The notes below the pieces were generated by a model. It saw only the letters and a list, made by a program, of their open reading frames with translations, was not told where the DNA came from and made no database searches. Shown piece by piece: positions 25,782-39,939 of a DNA stretch of 64,000 nucleotides. Every line of letters begins with the position of its first letter. The first letter of the stretch is position 1. The stretch is from positions 19,530,001-19,594,000 of the forward strand of contig CM120642.1 in assembly GCA_051362555.1 (NCBI GenBank). The letters are read 5' to 3'. The position numbers and the translations under genes are program-made. Source of the DNA: Lingula anatina (lineage: Eukaryota; Animalia; Brachiopoda).

Positions 25782-28700
25782 AAATAACTATATATATTAA
25801 TCTAAACCTTGGAAATTTTAACTTAAAGACCATACATTTATACCCTACATATATTTAGCCATCGAACTTGTCCTACTGCTTAACACATCCAGGCTAAAAG
25901 GGTGTACCATGCTTGGGTGCAAAACATGCTTAGGAGCTAAATGCGTTGAAAATTTCAGACAAAGCAGGCACTTGGATGTTTTTACAGTGTACGTTATAAT
26001 TTGTGTACGTTGTAATTTCCCGCTGGGTGGTGTTGATATAACATTGGTTTCTGACGTTGATACAACGTCGTTATCTGAGGTTGGCACAACTTTCAAATTC
26101 AATGTTTATCCAATGTCTTCTCAACGTTATGGTTCAACGTTGTTTCAACGTTAAAACAACATAATTTGCCCGCTGGGTTTGTGAAACTCTAGGTAGGCCA
26201 GTTTGGTTGCCATTTAGAAAATTGTCATTTTACCGTCAGATAAATAAATGATTGTCACATTTGTATTCAGCATCAAGTTTCGCCTTAGATAGCACCTGTT
26301 ATGGAAAATTTGTGAGATTTACCCTACCCTACCCTAATCAAACAGTCACACTAGCCAACCATTGCAATGCATGTCAAATCAATGACGCTTTGGCATACGT
26401 GCTACACCTTAGAGCTTGTTTTTTTTTCGTGATGTGGCTTTATTTCCTTTCAAATGTCTTTGTGTTTATCAGTAATTAGATTTTTATCATTTTTTAGTGA
26501 TAGTAGGATCACGAAGGAGCCTATATAACAGGTAATTTAGATTTAGTTAAATTCGAAATATGTGTTCATGTGTGTGCGCGCACGTGTTTGCTCAAAATCT
26601 GCCATGAAACATCATAGATAAAACATGTCCTCTGAAACAGTATTATTTCTACAAGGTGCGTTTTTGGACCATGGTGTTTGAAAGGAGTACCAATAATTTT
26701 TTTTGCGTACCAAAGATGAAACCCGAAATTAAACTACAATAGATTATTCACCTCTTACGTCAATCTTAGTTTGACAATTACTTATACATGGCTCGAAGGA
26801 ATCGAATGTATGCAAAAATATCAATTTAAGAGATAGTTAGAGAAACGACAAGCGTCGGAGAAATATTTGTGGCCCCTCTCCTCCACCACTTCGTGCGCTC
26901 AAGACTGCCGAAGTTTCAAAGTTAATCACCCTATTTCAGAATACAGCTGTTCAAATACGTGCATGTGGACTTCCTTGACAAGGCCATAATTGAAATCAAA
27001 CAACTCTTATTATTATCCCAAAAGTAACACAATTTGGAATTTGCTTCCTATTATTTAAAATTTCATTTTATTCCCTTACACTGCAGTCACCTTTTTCTCA
27101 AAATACCTTTATTAGCTTTTGAGGCAACATCTGATCTACATGTTTATACATGTAGTTCTATCTACTGATAGATATGTGTAGCTAAAAACGCGCTTGATTT
27201 TATACAAGTGTACATAACATTTTTTGGGAAAGTTTCATTTCAACTTTTAATACAAATGTGCTTATTTTAGTTTGAATATGCTTCGGGCACCAGATTGGTG
27301 ATGTCTGCACTACCCGCTATCAGTTGATATGGTTTTAGTCATATCAAACATTTACAGTAAAGCTGAGCTTGACGTGTTTTACCAGTTTGATCTCGACTAG
27401 CACGAAACTATACAAGGGATCATTCATATCTTATTTCAACCATACGTGTAGTTATTCGGTATTTTAAACATGACTCGAAGGAGTCAAATTTAATGAGTGG
27501 AAATAGCCATTCTTTGTTTCCTATTGAGCTGAAGTAAGTCATCTACATGCATATACCTATCTACTTGTGTGGGTTATAACGGGCCTGATTTTATAGGATT
27601 GCCCATATCATTTTCAAGGACGGTTCATTTTAATATTAAAACAAAAATCAATTTCTCGGATATGAATATGTTTTAAGCATTTAAATGGAATTGTCCAAAA
27701 TACCTTCTATCATTTGATAAGTTTTTCATTAAATGTCAAATATCAGCTTAAAATTCGAAGTAAAAGAAGTAGGCAGAAAAATTTCAAGCATATAAGGGAA
27801 CTTTGCTGAACATATTACTATTAAATCGCAAAAGCTTTCAATAGTGAGTGATGTTATAAGTTATTTTCCACAAAAAAATCATCTCTTTGTCAACTCGTTT
27901 CCCCTACTCTCCAATGCTTCAAAGTCGAGTACACTTTTATTAAGACCCAAAGATCTATAATGATAAATCAGTCACACTGACCAACCATTGTAATGCATAT
28001 CTAATCAAGGAGGCTTTAACATTTGTGTTACACCTTAGGAATTAATATTGTGGCTTTATTTCCTTTCAGTTGCCATTGTCTTTACCAGTAATTTTTTCAT
28101 CATTATATATTTTAATTAAACCTATATAGGAAGTGGGGGTTGATTTTGACCTCATTAAATTCTAAATGTGTTTGTGTGTGTGCGCGTTAAAAATTTGTTA
28201 AAAGTTTGTTAAAAATCTGTCATGAGTCAACATTGATTTAGAGAATCAGTATTATTTCTATAGGCTGCGTTTCTGGATAATGGTGTTTAAGACAAGTACC
28301 GATGGAAGTTATGCGTGCCAGAGACGAAATCTTGAATTAAACTGTATGGGATTATTCTCCACATATTCCAATCATAGTTACACCTTTTTTTAACCAACCA
28401 GACTCGAAGGAATCAAAATCAATTTTAAGTCTGTGAAACTTACCACTCATAAGCCAATTAGCAAGGGATAGAGAGTATATGTAGAAGATTTATTAGCGCC
28501 CCCATTCCGCCACTCTTCCTCTCAAAACTGAGAAAGTTGCAAAAAATAGTGGGGGTACATCTATATTCACTCTTACCCCTATCACCCTTTACCCCTGGCG
28601 TCTACTTCAATGTCCACCCTATTTTAACACCCCCAGTACCTAAAAGAGTCATCTGAATAGCTTACCTCGCGGCAACAACTCACTGTCCTTTGTAGTAGCA

Positions 28701-28800
28701 ACTCAACTGAATATCTTATTATAAATATGTTTGGTTTTTTACGAGTGTCCATATTTTTTCAAGAACGTTTCATTTCCTCAGACAAAGTCAGCTTTTGTAT
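24080..28800. repeat. Degenerate long-period repeat array, block 2
   Basis: Same marker at ~24097, ~26343 and ~27969; second marker (cat)gactcgaagga-like at ~26787, ~27469 and ~28401. Confidence 0.8.
24502..24659. mobile_element. GC-rich MITE
   Basis: Perfect TIR CAGGGCCGTAGC / GCTACGGCCCTG, flanked by the direct repeat ACATT. Confidence 0.85.
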
Positions 28801-29049
28801 GTTGAACACTCGTAATGTCCATTTTTTCTTTAAGCAGGTAACGACCTCTCGAAATTAAGGGATCAAACAATTCAACAACAACTGTTCACTAAATTTATCT
28901 TATGCCATGTGATTGTTTTGAAGAACAGAAAAAAGGAAGAAAATAGAAAATGCAGGGGTATCGCATGGTCAAAGTCTAGTCAGTTGTAGAGTACTTACCA
29001 GATTATGATTTGATTTCAAATACCATATCAACATTTTTTTTTCTTTCGT

Positions 29050-32000
29050 TTAATTAAGGATATTGTAACCCATTAAAACTATCCAACTACCGAGAATGAG
29101 GTTTTCCTGCCTCTAATTATTCAACAATGCATCTATCTTTGTGCTAATTTAAAACAAAAAAATCGAAATATAAAACATCTTCGTTTATACTTCTCCTTGC
29201 AATGCATAAGCATAAAATCGTCAATTTGACACCTTTCTATTTTTAGGTGAGATAGCAATCGGTATGGGACATAACTCCATCCCTTAACAAGATTGGCAGA
29301 GTTGACCTTGAGTTTAAATTTAAAGGCTACAATCCCGTGCCGTCATTGCGGTTTAAATGTTTTTGTTGTGTAGTTATGAGCTCCTAATTAGATTTTCATT
29401 AAACAAAGGCATTATTTTGCTTTTTCAAGGATAATTTCTGAATGGATACTTTAAAGAAATATCGCTGGCGGGGTTTTGGGGTACTAAATTGTGTTATTAA
29501 ATCGGCGTTAAAACGGTAATCGTGGGTGCTCAGGTGAAAGAAAAATTTGAGAAACCTTTTTTTCAGTTTTTACCCCAAAATTGCAATTAAGATGACATGT
29601 GTACATGTTAATTAATTAGTCACTGAACACTGACGATTTATCTATTATACAAAAGAATGTATGTAAGGCAGTAAATAAGGCACAGTCATCCATGCAGCAT
29701 TCGCTGCAGTCTGGGCAAAAGCTACTTTTTCCTGTTGCTTTCTATAATTCTTATCATTACATAATCAGATGGTCCTCTAATAATGAAGGCTTAGGCAGCG
29801 TGACTAATATTTTTAGCCTTATTTCAGTGTAAAGCGTTTCGTTACACTTCTTATTTTGTATCTAGATGGTCCTCTGAAAGTCAAAACTTATAACTCAGTC
29901 TTCTTAGTCCCATATCTGTGAAATCTGTCAAAACACAATTATATATTAAGTATCGATAGTGACTTATCGATGAACACTTGACGTGATGATTTGGATGTAA
30001 CCTAGACACAAACGGTTAATTTTATATTAATGGATATATATTAATTTTATATTGTATGGATAGACAGTAACGTTAACATTGTACAAACCGAAACAACTAT
30101 GTGAGAAATAATTCGTATTGCATAGCTTTATCAGTTAGTATCATTGAGGGAATATTTTTGCCAGGGATTGGGTTTTCTGAAAATAAAATACATAATGAAA
30201 GAATGTGGCAATTTGTATTGTAATTGTTGTTTTGACTTATCAGAGCATAATATATATTTTGTGAAGACAAATTTCGTCTTAAACAAAATTTTTAAAAATA
30301 TTACAGAGGTGCACCGAATTTATACGATTGTACTTTATTAACTTTAATTGTAAGAAATACTCTATCCAAAGTGAACTACATTTCACCTTACATTCACTAT
30401 ACTGGTCATAGCCTCCAGATCAAAACAGTTTCAACTCCATGGATTCTGTAATATAACTGTGACCCTCAGCTGAAAACCAATCACTTTTCAGTATTCACGG
30501 TGATATTAATATGTTCTTCTTAATCTGAAAGATTTACTCTCAAGATAACCATGGCCATAAAGGAGAGCAAAAGATATTGATCTGACAGCAAAATATGTCC
30601 CATTCTAGACTTCTTCTTTTAGTAACCACTCTGTCTGTCATTCAAACTATACTGTTTCAAACTAATGTAACGCCAATACAATCATCCAATACAATAAGCA
30701 AAATCAACAGCAAAAACAACAGTACAAATAATAATAATAATGTCATAAAAACATACGAGAGTAAATTATACTCAAACTGTACCAAACATTCATTTAGTTG
30801 AAAAAAAGGAATATAAGTTAGAGAAGTTAATTAATTTAACATTTTAGGTGTTTTCTTTACTAACAACCTCAATGTTCTCAACATGTTGATAATTCCATTG
30901 GAGCATATAGTAAAATGGTCGTGGTCATAATGATTGACCAGTCACTTTCAGCGAAAATCAACCCTTATAAATTTAATCAAAGGTCAAAGACAAGTGATAA
31001 ATGATTGGTGAGTACAAGAAAAGTGCTTATTTACCCGGGAAAATCCATTCCGTGGGTAAATCTTGTGGGGTGTACACTTAACTTTCTGTAGGATTAGAAG
31101 CAATTCAGTTGAATCTCTTAATTTTCTACAGATAGCTTTGCATTATCGTATGTGATGGTTTGGTGACAGGATTTGATTTTACCAGGGAATTGACACCAGA
31201 CAATTAAAACAGGGAATACCTTAAAATTCAAAGTACCCTTGACCGAATGGGTTTTTTTATATTGCACTGCTCACTCGTTAACCTAGGGTAACACACAGGG
31301 CAATCGTATTCCACAACAGAGCTATTAAAACTTGATGCACCTGATGAGTTTGATACATTTAAGTTGGCGTAGATAAAACACTTGTGTGCATGAATTTTAT
31401 AGATGTATTCAACACGTCGTTCAAACCAAGGTTGTTAGTAATGAAAGCAGAATGGTTAGTAATGAAAACACCACATTAGGTACGCTCCAGAAAAAATATC
31501 TGAAGGGTTAAATCATTTAAAGGCGTATGTAAGGTTACATAAGAAGCTATGGATGGCAAAAATTAGCAATTTGGCCATGGAATATTGTATAACACCCAAC
31601 ACTTACTTTTTTTCTTGAAATAGCTTTTAGGGGCTTTTGCTTATTTTAACCTTATTGCATTCATCTTTTCTTTTTCATTCTTTATTTACACATATTTGTA
31701 TAATTTCTTTCGGTGGCTATTTCTCTAGATAAACGTATTACTATTTATCATAGTTATAATATTAAAACAAAAAAGTTATGAAAAATACTGACAATAAAGC
31801 ATTAAAAATAACACAATATCCTCTCATGAAATCAGGAAATACCATTTGGAAAAACTGCATTGTAAACAACCTTAACATATGTTCTTCATTAAGTTATGAA
31901 AAACCTACATTTTTTACTTATTTGAACGTTAACGACAGGTCTATTTCAAAGATTTGGATTACACTGGTATCTGAAATGCACATCCCCTATAATATGCATT

Positions 32001-33021
32001 TCCAAAAGCATTTTTATCGGCAACCATAGATCATCATGTCAGAGATACAAATAGGCATTTACAACCTAAACTTTACTGTATTTCACATCTATATAGCCAG
32101 TGTGCACAATACTAAAAACATCAGTGGAAACATCAACAGTCCGCATACTCCCACAGACAAAAGCTGCCCAGTGCTGGATGATGTACGGTCGGCAGGGAAA
32201 AGCAATCCTGTTGGTGTCTTTTGATTAGACTTGCGGTCAGTGCGCACTGGGCAAGGTGAGATCTTCACGCGATCACGTACCTCTGTCAGAAAATCTACAC
32301 CTCTGTAACTGTAAGTCGGCATTCTCTCGGCAAACTTATCTTGCAATACTGACAAAAAAGGCAATCCGTCTCTGTACGTTTTTACTGTTGCTTGTAACAA
32401 CAATCCAAAGTCTCCTACAACAGCACCGTAGTCTCTTGTTTCAGGCTGATCAGGGTTCGAGCTGTTCACTGCACGACATCTGTGATTTATCCTTCTCCTT
32501 ACCTTCCAGACGTTCCGAAATTCATTGTCCAAGTGTATCTTTCCAAATGAGAGACGTTTGCCAAAATCTTCGCAGGCGCTAATGGTTTCATTCACGTTAA
32601 TTTTTACGTTTTTGGGAGTCTTAAAAAGCAAGGTGAGTGTGTATGCCGCCTTGAACATGTGTTTCAATAGTGACGGGCACGGGTCCGACTCTTCCTCGCC
32701 TGGGCAGCGTTCCTGGATTAAAAAAGAAAGCCAATCACAGCCTCTACCACCATGATCAGTCAATGATTAACAATGTATAAACATTTTAGTTTTTATTAAT
32801 CGGATAAAAAAATTAAGATTTTTTTCATTAATATCAGAAACCGCACAAAGCGTTTGCATAGTTTTTGCTCAGTTTCAGAAAAGTGCTACTTTGTATCAGT
32901 CAAACTTATTGGTTAATGTGAACGACGTTGATGCAAACCGAAAAAATGTATCTTTCTGCACTCTGTTTGAGAGACCGAGAAATTTCCCATGTGCCACAAT
33001 CCAAATGAAAGTTTCAAAGTC

Positions 33022-33055
<34 letters not shown>

Positions 33056-35750
33056 AGTCTTGCGACCAGCCATAATATGAGAAATTCAATTTTTTCATCT
33101 ATGTTTTTTAAATGCATTAGGTTTTAGCCAATCGTTTACATTAATTTCGACTGACTCCATGAAAAATTATTCATGCTGTTTTTTTATGTTCTAAATCTCC
33201 TCCACTGTTTGACAAAAATATTTACAGATATTTGCTATTTGTTAAACAATTTCACAAATGTGTCTTGGGTAATCAAGTACTTTGTACTAAGAATACCCTC
33301 TCCTTACCATAATAGTGTGACCCTTATTTGCCGTACAGGAATCTGGTAGTGCGGGTGCAAATATATCCACTAAGGCGCGAAATCCAAAGGGGCTGAAATT
33401 TCTCATCTCTTCCTCTGAAACATCACACATAAAAGCCAATGTCAAATTTCGGGTAGTTGTTTTTATCAAACGAAAATTAAGGTATACATATATTAAATGT
33501 CATTAAGACCTGAAATTTTCCTTTCCAGTATATCTTAACTATTAGAAGGATATGAAAAGTGTTTGTGAGAAAACCCAGGCAGAGTGCTGTGCTCCGGCAA
33601 ACCACGTCATTCTAAAAATAATATTCAAAGCCCCACTGCGTACATTGAGGGTTTTCTGATGCTCTTATTTTAAATAACATTATCATTATAATTGTTACCC
33701 TGTATTATTATTATTAACAGGCTCTTGGTGTAATCCTACCATGGGGTCCATTGCTCCAGAAATCTTATTATTATTTTTTTTACGTAGGAAATCACCATTT
33801 TGATCAACATGAGAAAAGCTGAGAAAAACAAGCGTCCATGTATGCGTAAAGATAAATTATGTCATGGGGTTGACTTAATTATCGCCAAAGATGTCTCGAA
33901 ACATGCGATGATATCGCTATTCGCGTGCAGGCGACAAATAAAGAACCGCCCTTAAGGCCAATGCAAATAGTATAACGACATAAGTTAATTAAAAATGAAA
34001 AACCCTCTTATATTCGAGCATTTAATTACCTTTATCCTGTGTGATCTGAGCTGGGCACTGAAAAATTGTTGGTTTCTTCGTATATTGGCAAATCCAACAA
34101 AAGTGATTTTTGTAATAGTGTTTCTGCATTAACCGAATACCATACACCACCGCTTGCGTGATAGGCAAACTATGACCCCTTTCGCAAAGGTCTCGATAAG
34201 GGTTTCCTTCCCGACAATGTTGCCCACTTTGATGCCATGGATACCCTCTAACGTGAGTGCCATCTTTGATGCACGGCCTACCGACGATCCCTTCCGGTTC
34301 TCGAAAGTACAGCTTGCAATCGTGCGAGTCATGGACAAGATGGAAAATGTCGGATGTGTTTCTGCTGTCTGCGAAGAAATCACTAGAAAGCCAGGTGCAA
34401 AAAATAAACGTTGGCCATGCTCTGTATGACGTCACACCATGACAAAATGCACAGAATGAGTTCCTAAAGGTAAGTCCGGAAACAGAATCTGAAACCGGTA
34501 GAACAGCCATTCCGTCTTCGTCAGTGCCATTCGGTCTTTCACAGGCCGAGCGAATTCCCACGTCCGACCAACCATTTGGACATGCCGAAACCATCCAGAA
34601 ATGCCTGCGAGGTTCTCCCCAAGGACTAACCGTGTCTTTTGTCATCTGCGATGCACAGGTGACGCCATCAGGGTCTAATATTATTGTATTGGATGACGAT
34701 GATGAAAATTTGGAATCAATCTCCTCTGTGTGGTTGCAGGTAATGTTTACGGCGGAACAACAGTCACCAAAGATGTTACAATACCCATCACAGTAGCATG
34801 CTATATCAACAACAGAGTCTAGAGTGTTCCCATCGTAGATACAAAACTTTTCACCTGGAATTACTTGACTCCAATAATTCGGTGCCGTGGCAGTCACATT
34901 TTCGAGGGGAACGGCGCTAGTTTCAGGACTCTGGTTGGAGACCGTGGAAATATCGCTCAAAATGGCTTCACGTGTCAAAATAGCTCTGGTAGTTGCCGCC
35001 GGCGCTGGGTCACTGCACAGATTGTCGCGACACCTACTGCCTTCTTGTTGGCAGATCACAGAAGCCAGGAAAAGTGAGTGCAACACTATTGCTGTTGGGG
35101 CCCCATGTATCATCGTGCACTTGCTTATAGCGCTGACCTTTAGTGAGACAATAAAATATGAAATAGATTAGTAAAAATTCACATAGCATTTAAGTACGTA
35201 TAGATGGCCGCGAAGTACTCCTTAACGTTGCTCACTTCTGTTAATCCATTTCACAGCTGGACTTATCCATTCCTGTATTAGCTGACAGTGTGAGTAAGTA
35301 TTTAAGAATGTATTTCTTAAAATGGAGATAGAACATTAATACACTGGTTTACTTTAAACACCAAACAACTAAAACAAATATCATTTTTACTTTAAAATAC
35401 CTTCTTAAAACATTTGGATAAAGTTCGTTTCTGTATTATCCCGAAAGTAATCAGCAGAAAAACATCGGGGTCTTGGTGGTTTATTCAGTATTATAGCTTT
35501 CTTAATTTTTTCGTTACTTGTCGGTTATTTTGGGTACGCGTACCAATACTTTGAAGGTTCTAAAATTCCTAACCCCAATTTGAAATTAGCTCATAGATCT
35601 AGCTCAAACAGCGGAAGACGCTTGAGATCCAATAATATGTAAATTTTATTAATGAAACGTGGTGGCGACGTTTCTGGGATCAGTGATAATAATTGACTAA
35701 TGAATATTTGCAAATACATATACATGTATACACTGATTATCTACAGGGCC
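29050..35750. repeat. Segmental duplication unit 2
   Basis: Colinear with 9445-18295 once copy-specific insertions are removed. Confidence 0.9.
32089..35113 (-). CDS. Paralogue 2 of the SMB-like Cys-rich GPI-type protein (~604 aa)
   Basis: Exons 35113-34030, 33414-33308 and 32712-32089 (1815 nt, in frame), same phases and splice motifs as paralogue 1. CYCDGYCNIFGDCC motif; tail SSSTGQLLSVGVCGLLMFPLMFLVLCTLAI*. Confidence 0.85.
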
Positions 35751-36910
35751 ATAAGGCCCTTTTTGCCGTTTTTTATTCTATTTTACTAATCTGGCAGGCA
35801 ATACTTGTGTAACCTTGGACATATTGAGAAAATCCATGGGAATTGATAGCTTTCAACTACGTATGTTCCACATATATTGCACATTTTAAAATACGTTTTG
35901 ATTAAATAATTATTTTCCACACCTTTATTACCCGTATAATACATATTCTATGTGGACCAAGTTTGTATCATTAGATATTTGCATAAAATCCAAGATGATG
36001 GCTATTCGACAGAGGAATACGTAGGTTTCAACTACTACCAAAAGATGTTGTCAATCATGAAATGACGTAAAGGTTATTTTATTTTGCCATGTGTTTCACA
36101 ACCATATTATCCCTATTATTTATATCTGATGTGTAACAAGTGTGTATCCTTGAGTACTATGCGAAAATGAAAGATCGCTCTTATTAGTGATAGGAATCAT
36201 TGTAAATCAGATTTCAGCTGCTACCGGAGAAACATAGAATCGGGTGAAGAATGTGTTTCTCAGTGTTATTCACAACATAATTAGTTCTGTTATAGATATC
36301 TAACCTTGGATATTTTGGAAAAATCCTAGATGGCCACCATTTCTAATAGAAAGACTAGTACATGGGTTTCAATCACTGTCAGAGATACATAACATCCATT
36401 ATTAATGTAACTTAATTTTGTTTCTCATTGTTTTTCACATCCTTATTACCCTTATATATAAATCCGGTATTTAAAAAGTTTCTATCCTTGAAATTTTGGA
36501 GAAAACCAAGATGGTTGCAGTGTGCCATTGGAATACTATTGCATGGAGATTTACAGGCATTCCTGATGCAAATGGCAGACATCTTTGGATAGTCTGAAAA
36601 TATCCAAAGCACTTCTTACACACCAGGGCCGGCTGCACCAACCGATCGTAAGTTAGACGTAGCAGTTGCGCCGGCGTAAATCCAGCGCAAAACGCTACGC
36701 CTGAGAAAAACCAGCTGCACCAAACTGGAAAAGTGTTTACGCCAGGCTTTACTTAGTCGCAAATTAACGCCTGCCAGGTAGGTGGTGTATGTCGGTCGTA
36801 GCTCATTTTCCACTATGGTTTGGTAGGAGTTTGATGACAATTATCGTAGTTAATGTAGAAATGTGGGTTGTCATTTGTTTGTTTCTTCAACAAAGCTTCT
36901 GTCTGTATAA

Positions 36911-38814
36911 GGGGCATTCCGTGGTATTCGTTTTGCATTACGGACAGAATTTTGACACTTTAAAAATAAATTCTTAAAAAACTATAATACCTGCATCGTT
37001 CAAATTTGGCAGGAATATTGATAAGTGCAAGCCTAAACTTGTGACCAAAAAAAAACATGAAATAACATCTATTAGTTTGTTGAGAAATATTGGTTATTGA
37101 TAACCATTACGGACAGAAAAAAAATGGACAAGCATTTTTATTAATGAACTTCAATTCAAAACTCTGCTTTGTTTGTGGCTTTTTAAAGATAAAAATGCAT
37201 TGACATGACAATTCCATTATTCTAATTACTAGAAATGTAAGAGGTTATTATTATTTTTTTCTTTTTTTTATGAAATTTTGAAGTTTACAAAAATCATGTC
37301 AGATTATGGACGGAAAATTTGTCCACGTTGCAAAACTTACACAGAAGCCATTAAAAGGGAACAATTAATCATTTATTTATGATGCAAGTTAACTATTTAC
37401 TAAATACATACATAATAGGAAGTTATTTTTGATGTCAACACAAATATTTTTGTGAGCTATTTCAAATCACAAAAATCAACTTCAGTCTACACTTTCAGGA
37501 ATAAGAGATTCCTTGCGTTCTGATATTGTCATTGTTTAAAATTCTGAATAGCTACATTTTAAAAGTCTTTTTTTTTTCCATGCTAAATTTTTAACAGTTT
37601 GTTTTTATTCTGACACATTAAGACAGAGAATTTGTATTTCTGGTGTTGGTCCATCACAGGAAATGGTACAAGTTTGATAATTTGGTCACTGGAAATCCAC
37701 GCTGTCTTCTTGAGAAGGAAAGGCAAATGTTTTTTTTTACTTGTCCTTTATCGGAGAAAGGTTATTTCTATATCACCACCATTTATGAATATAATTTGAG
37801 CTAAATAAATGTTCTGAGATTTATTTGATGCATAACTAACTAATATAAATTGTCCTGAAGCCAGATCATCTTTCTCTTCCATATTCTCTGTCTCATTGCC
37901 AATGGTCCTTAATGCAGAATTCTTTCAGGATATAGTCCCTGAGTAAATGAGTAACTGTTTACTGTTAATCTCTGAACCAGGATATAGGATTATTTCAGGT
38001 AAGTGGCATGGTACCAGACCAAAGGCCTGGCCTCTAGTCATCTTTGATTAATTGCGGTTAGTAATTATCTTAATCGCTCATTTCCCGGGTATATGCAACA
38101 TGTATATGACATGTAAGTGATCAAGAGAACATTTTATCTTCAAATTGCAATGAAAGTAACTGAACATATCCGGGAGAAGCCATGATCATAAGTGATCCTT
38201 AAGGTGCAATTCAAATGCCACTAATTGACAAGTGAGACGGATGTTGACAGGTCTTGCCAGGTAAGAAAAAGAACTTTTTGACTTTAAATCCTACATTTTT
38301 GAATAATCTTTTTTTTTAATTAATCTTTATAAGGGAAACAGTTCTTCTTTAGTTTTAAAATTCATAAATCAATAACTTGTGTATGCCACATGAAATCACT
38401 CAGTAGAAATGTTATAGCCAGGTAGCTATGCCTCTCCGTCCGTAATGCTAATTTTCTGTCCATAATGATTTTTTATTGTGAAATTAATTTGTCATCAAAC
38501 ATGTTTTTAAAGATTTCACTTGATTTTTTATGTGTTTACCTCAAGGAATTGCTGTAATTTACGTCTCAATTGAAAGAATTGATCAAAATTTATTTTGAAT
38601 GTTATATGCAAAAAATAAAAAATTCCGTCCGTAATGCTAATTTTCACATTTTTCAAGTTTAACGCGCTATAAAATTATGTATTCAAAAAATACAGATAAA
38701 TCTTTTACAAATTCTTATCCCCTGAAGTCTCTTCTTTCAGAAAATGCAACTTTTGATTGATTTTTATACATTTGAAAATTTTATGGCCAGGACACAAATA
38801 CCACGGAATGGCCC
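36911..38814. mobile_element. Non-autonomous DNA transposon, Sola2-like (1.9 kb)
   Basis: TIR GGGGCATTCCGTGGTATT / AATACCACGGAATGGCCC; 4-bp TSD ATAA; subterminal cattacggacagaa repeats on the left and their complements (tccgtccgtaatg) on the right; no ORF. Family call rests on GGG termini plus 4-bp TSD only. Confidence 0.7.
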
Positions 38815-39939
38815 ATAACCGAGCAGTGGCTTGGTTTTTAAAACACTAATATATATATATATATTACAATGAAGTGATTAATAAATATAGTATCCATGTA
38901 GCCTTCTTAGCGCAAATTTTATGTTTTTTTTTATGAGGAAATTGTGAGCTAATGTTGGTAATGCTTATATAAAATCTATTTACATGTATATGGTAAGAGC
39001 ATGTATATGTATATGTTCAATTTAAGTCTTACCACATATATCGGTAAGTCTTGGCTCTCAGTAGTTAGATTTCTTTATTTCCTTTCACAATTTTTTGACT
39101 ATCCATAGGTAACCATAGTCATTTCTTCTTCACATTTTATGTTATTCATATTTTACAATATATATAAACATAGAGACGAAAGCTTATAATATCAACATTT
39201 TAAAGTTCGTATAATATGTATTAGGGCTCTAGTATTTTTTAAACTACAAGATGTACGCTCTCTTAATTTAAATGATATCACATGCTGTAACTATAGACAA
39301 GTACAGTAGGTCATGAAATAGTTTACACTGTTATAAAATTATCATCGTTTTATTTTCTAAATCAAAATGGAATAATGTAGTTTCTGAATTTCTCCGTTAC
39401 TGAAATGCTCATTTTGTGTTTCTTTATGTCGTCATCTTATTATGACTGCAAATGCGAACTCCTCATTTGCCCAATTATACCATCCACGTATTGCAGGGCA
39501 GTAATGCAACGGAACGTTACACGGGCGTAGTTAAAATAAAACAAAATACGAAATACTATTTTGGGAGTTTTTGACTTTAATATAAGGTTGGCTTACGCTG
39601 TGTAAAAAAAACTGGCACCTAGCATCCAGATCAAAGATGCTTAAGCATACACACACTGGACAACTATAGTGTCCAGTGTCACCCCTTGAATCAGAACAAT
39701 CAAAGTTATAATGCCTGGTATACTTATAATGTGACTAATAAGTATAAAACTGCTGTACCATGGAATTATATTTTTAGTCTTTTTGTGAAATTTGATGTTA
39801 ATAAAATTATACTGGGAGCATATCATTCCACAGTCATTTATCTCCCCAAAAGTATTGGTTCAGTAGGGGTGACACTTCTATTGTCCAGTGTGTGTAAATG
39901 CTAACTTCACTTGGAGCGCTGAAGGTAGTGTCTAGGTTC

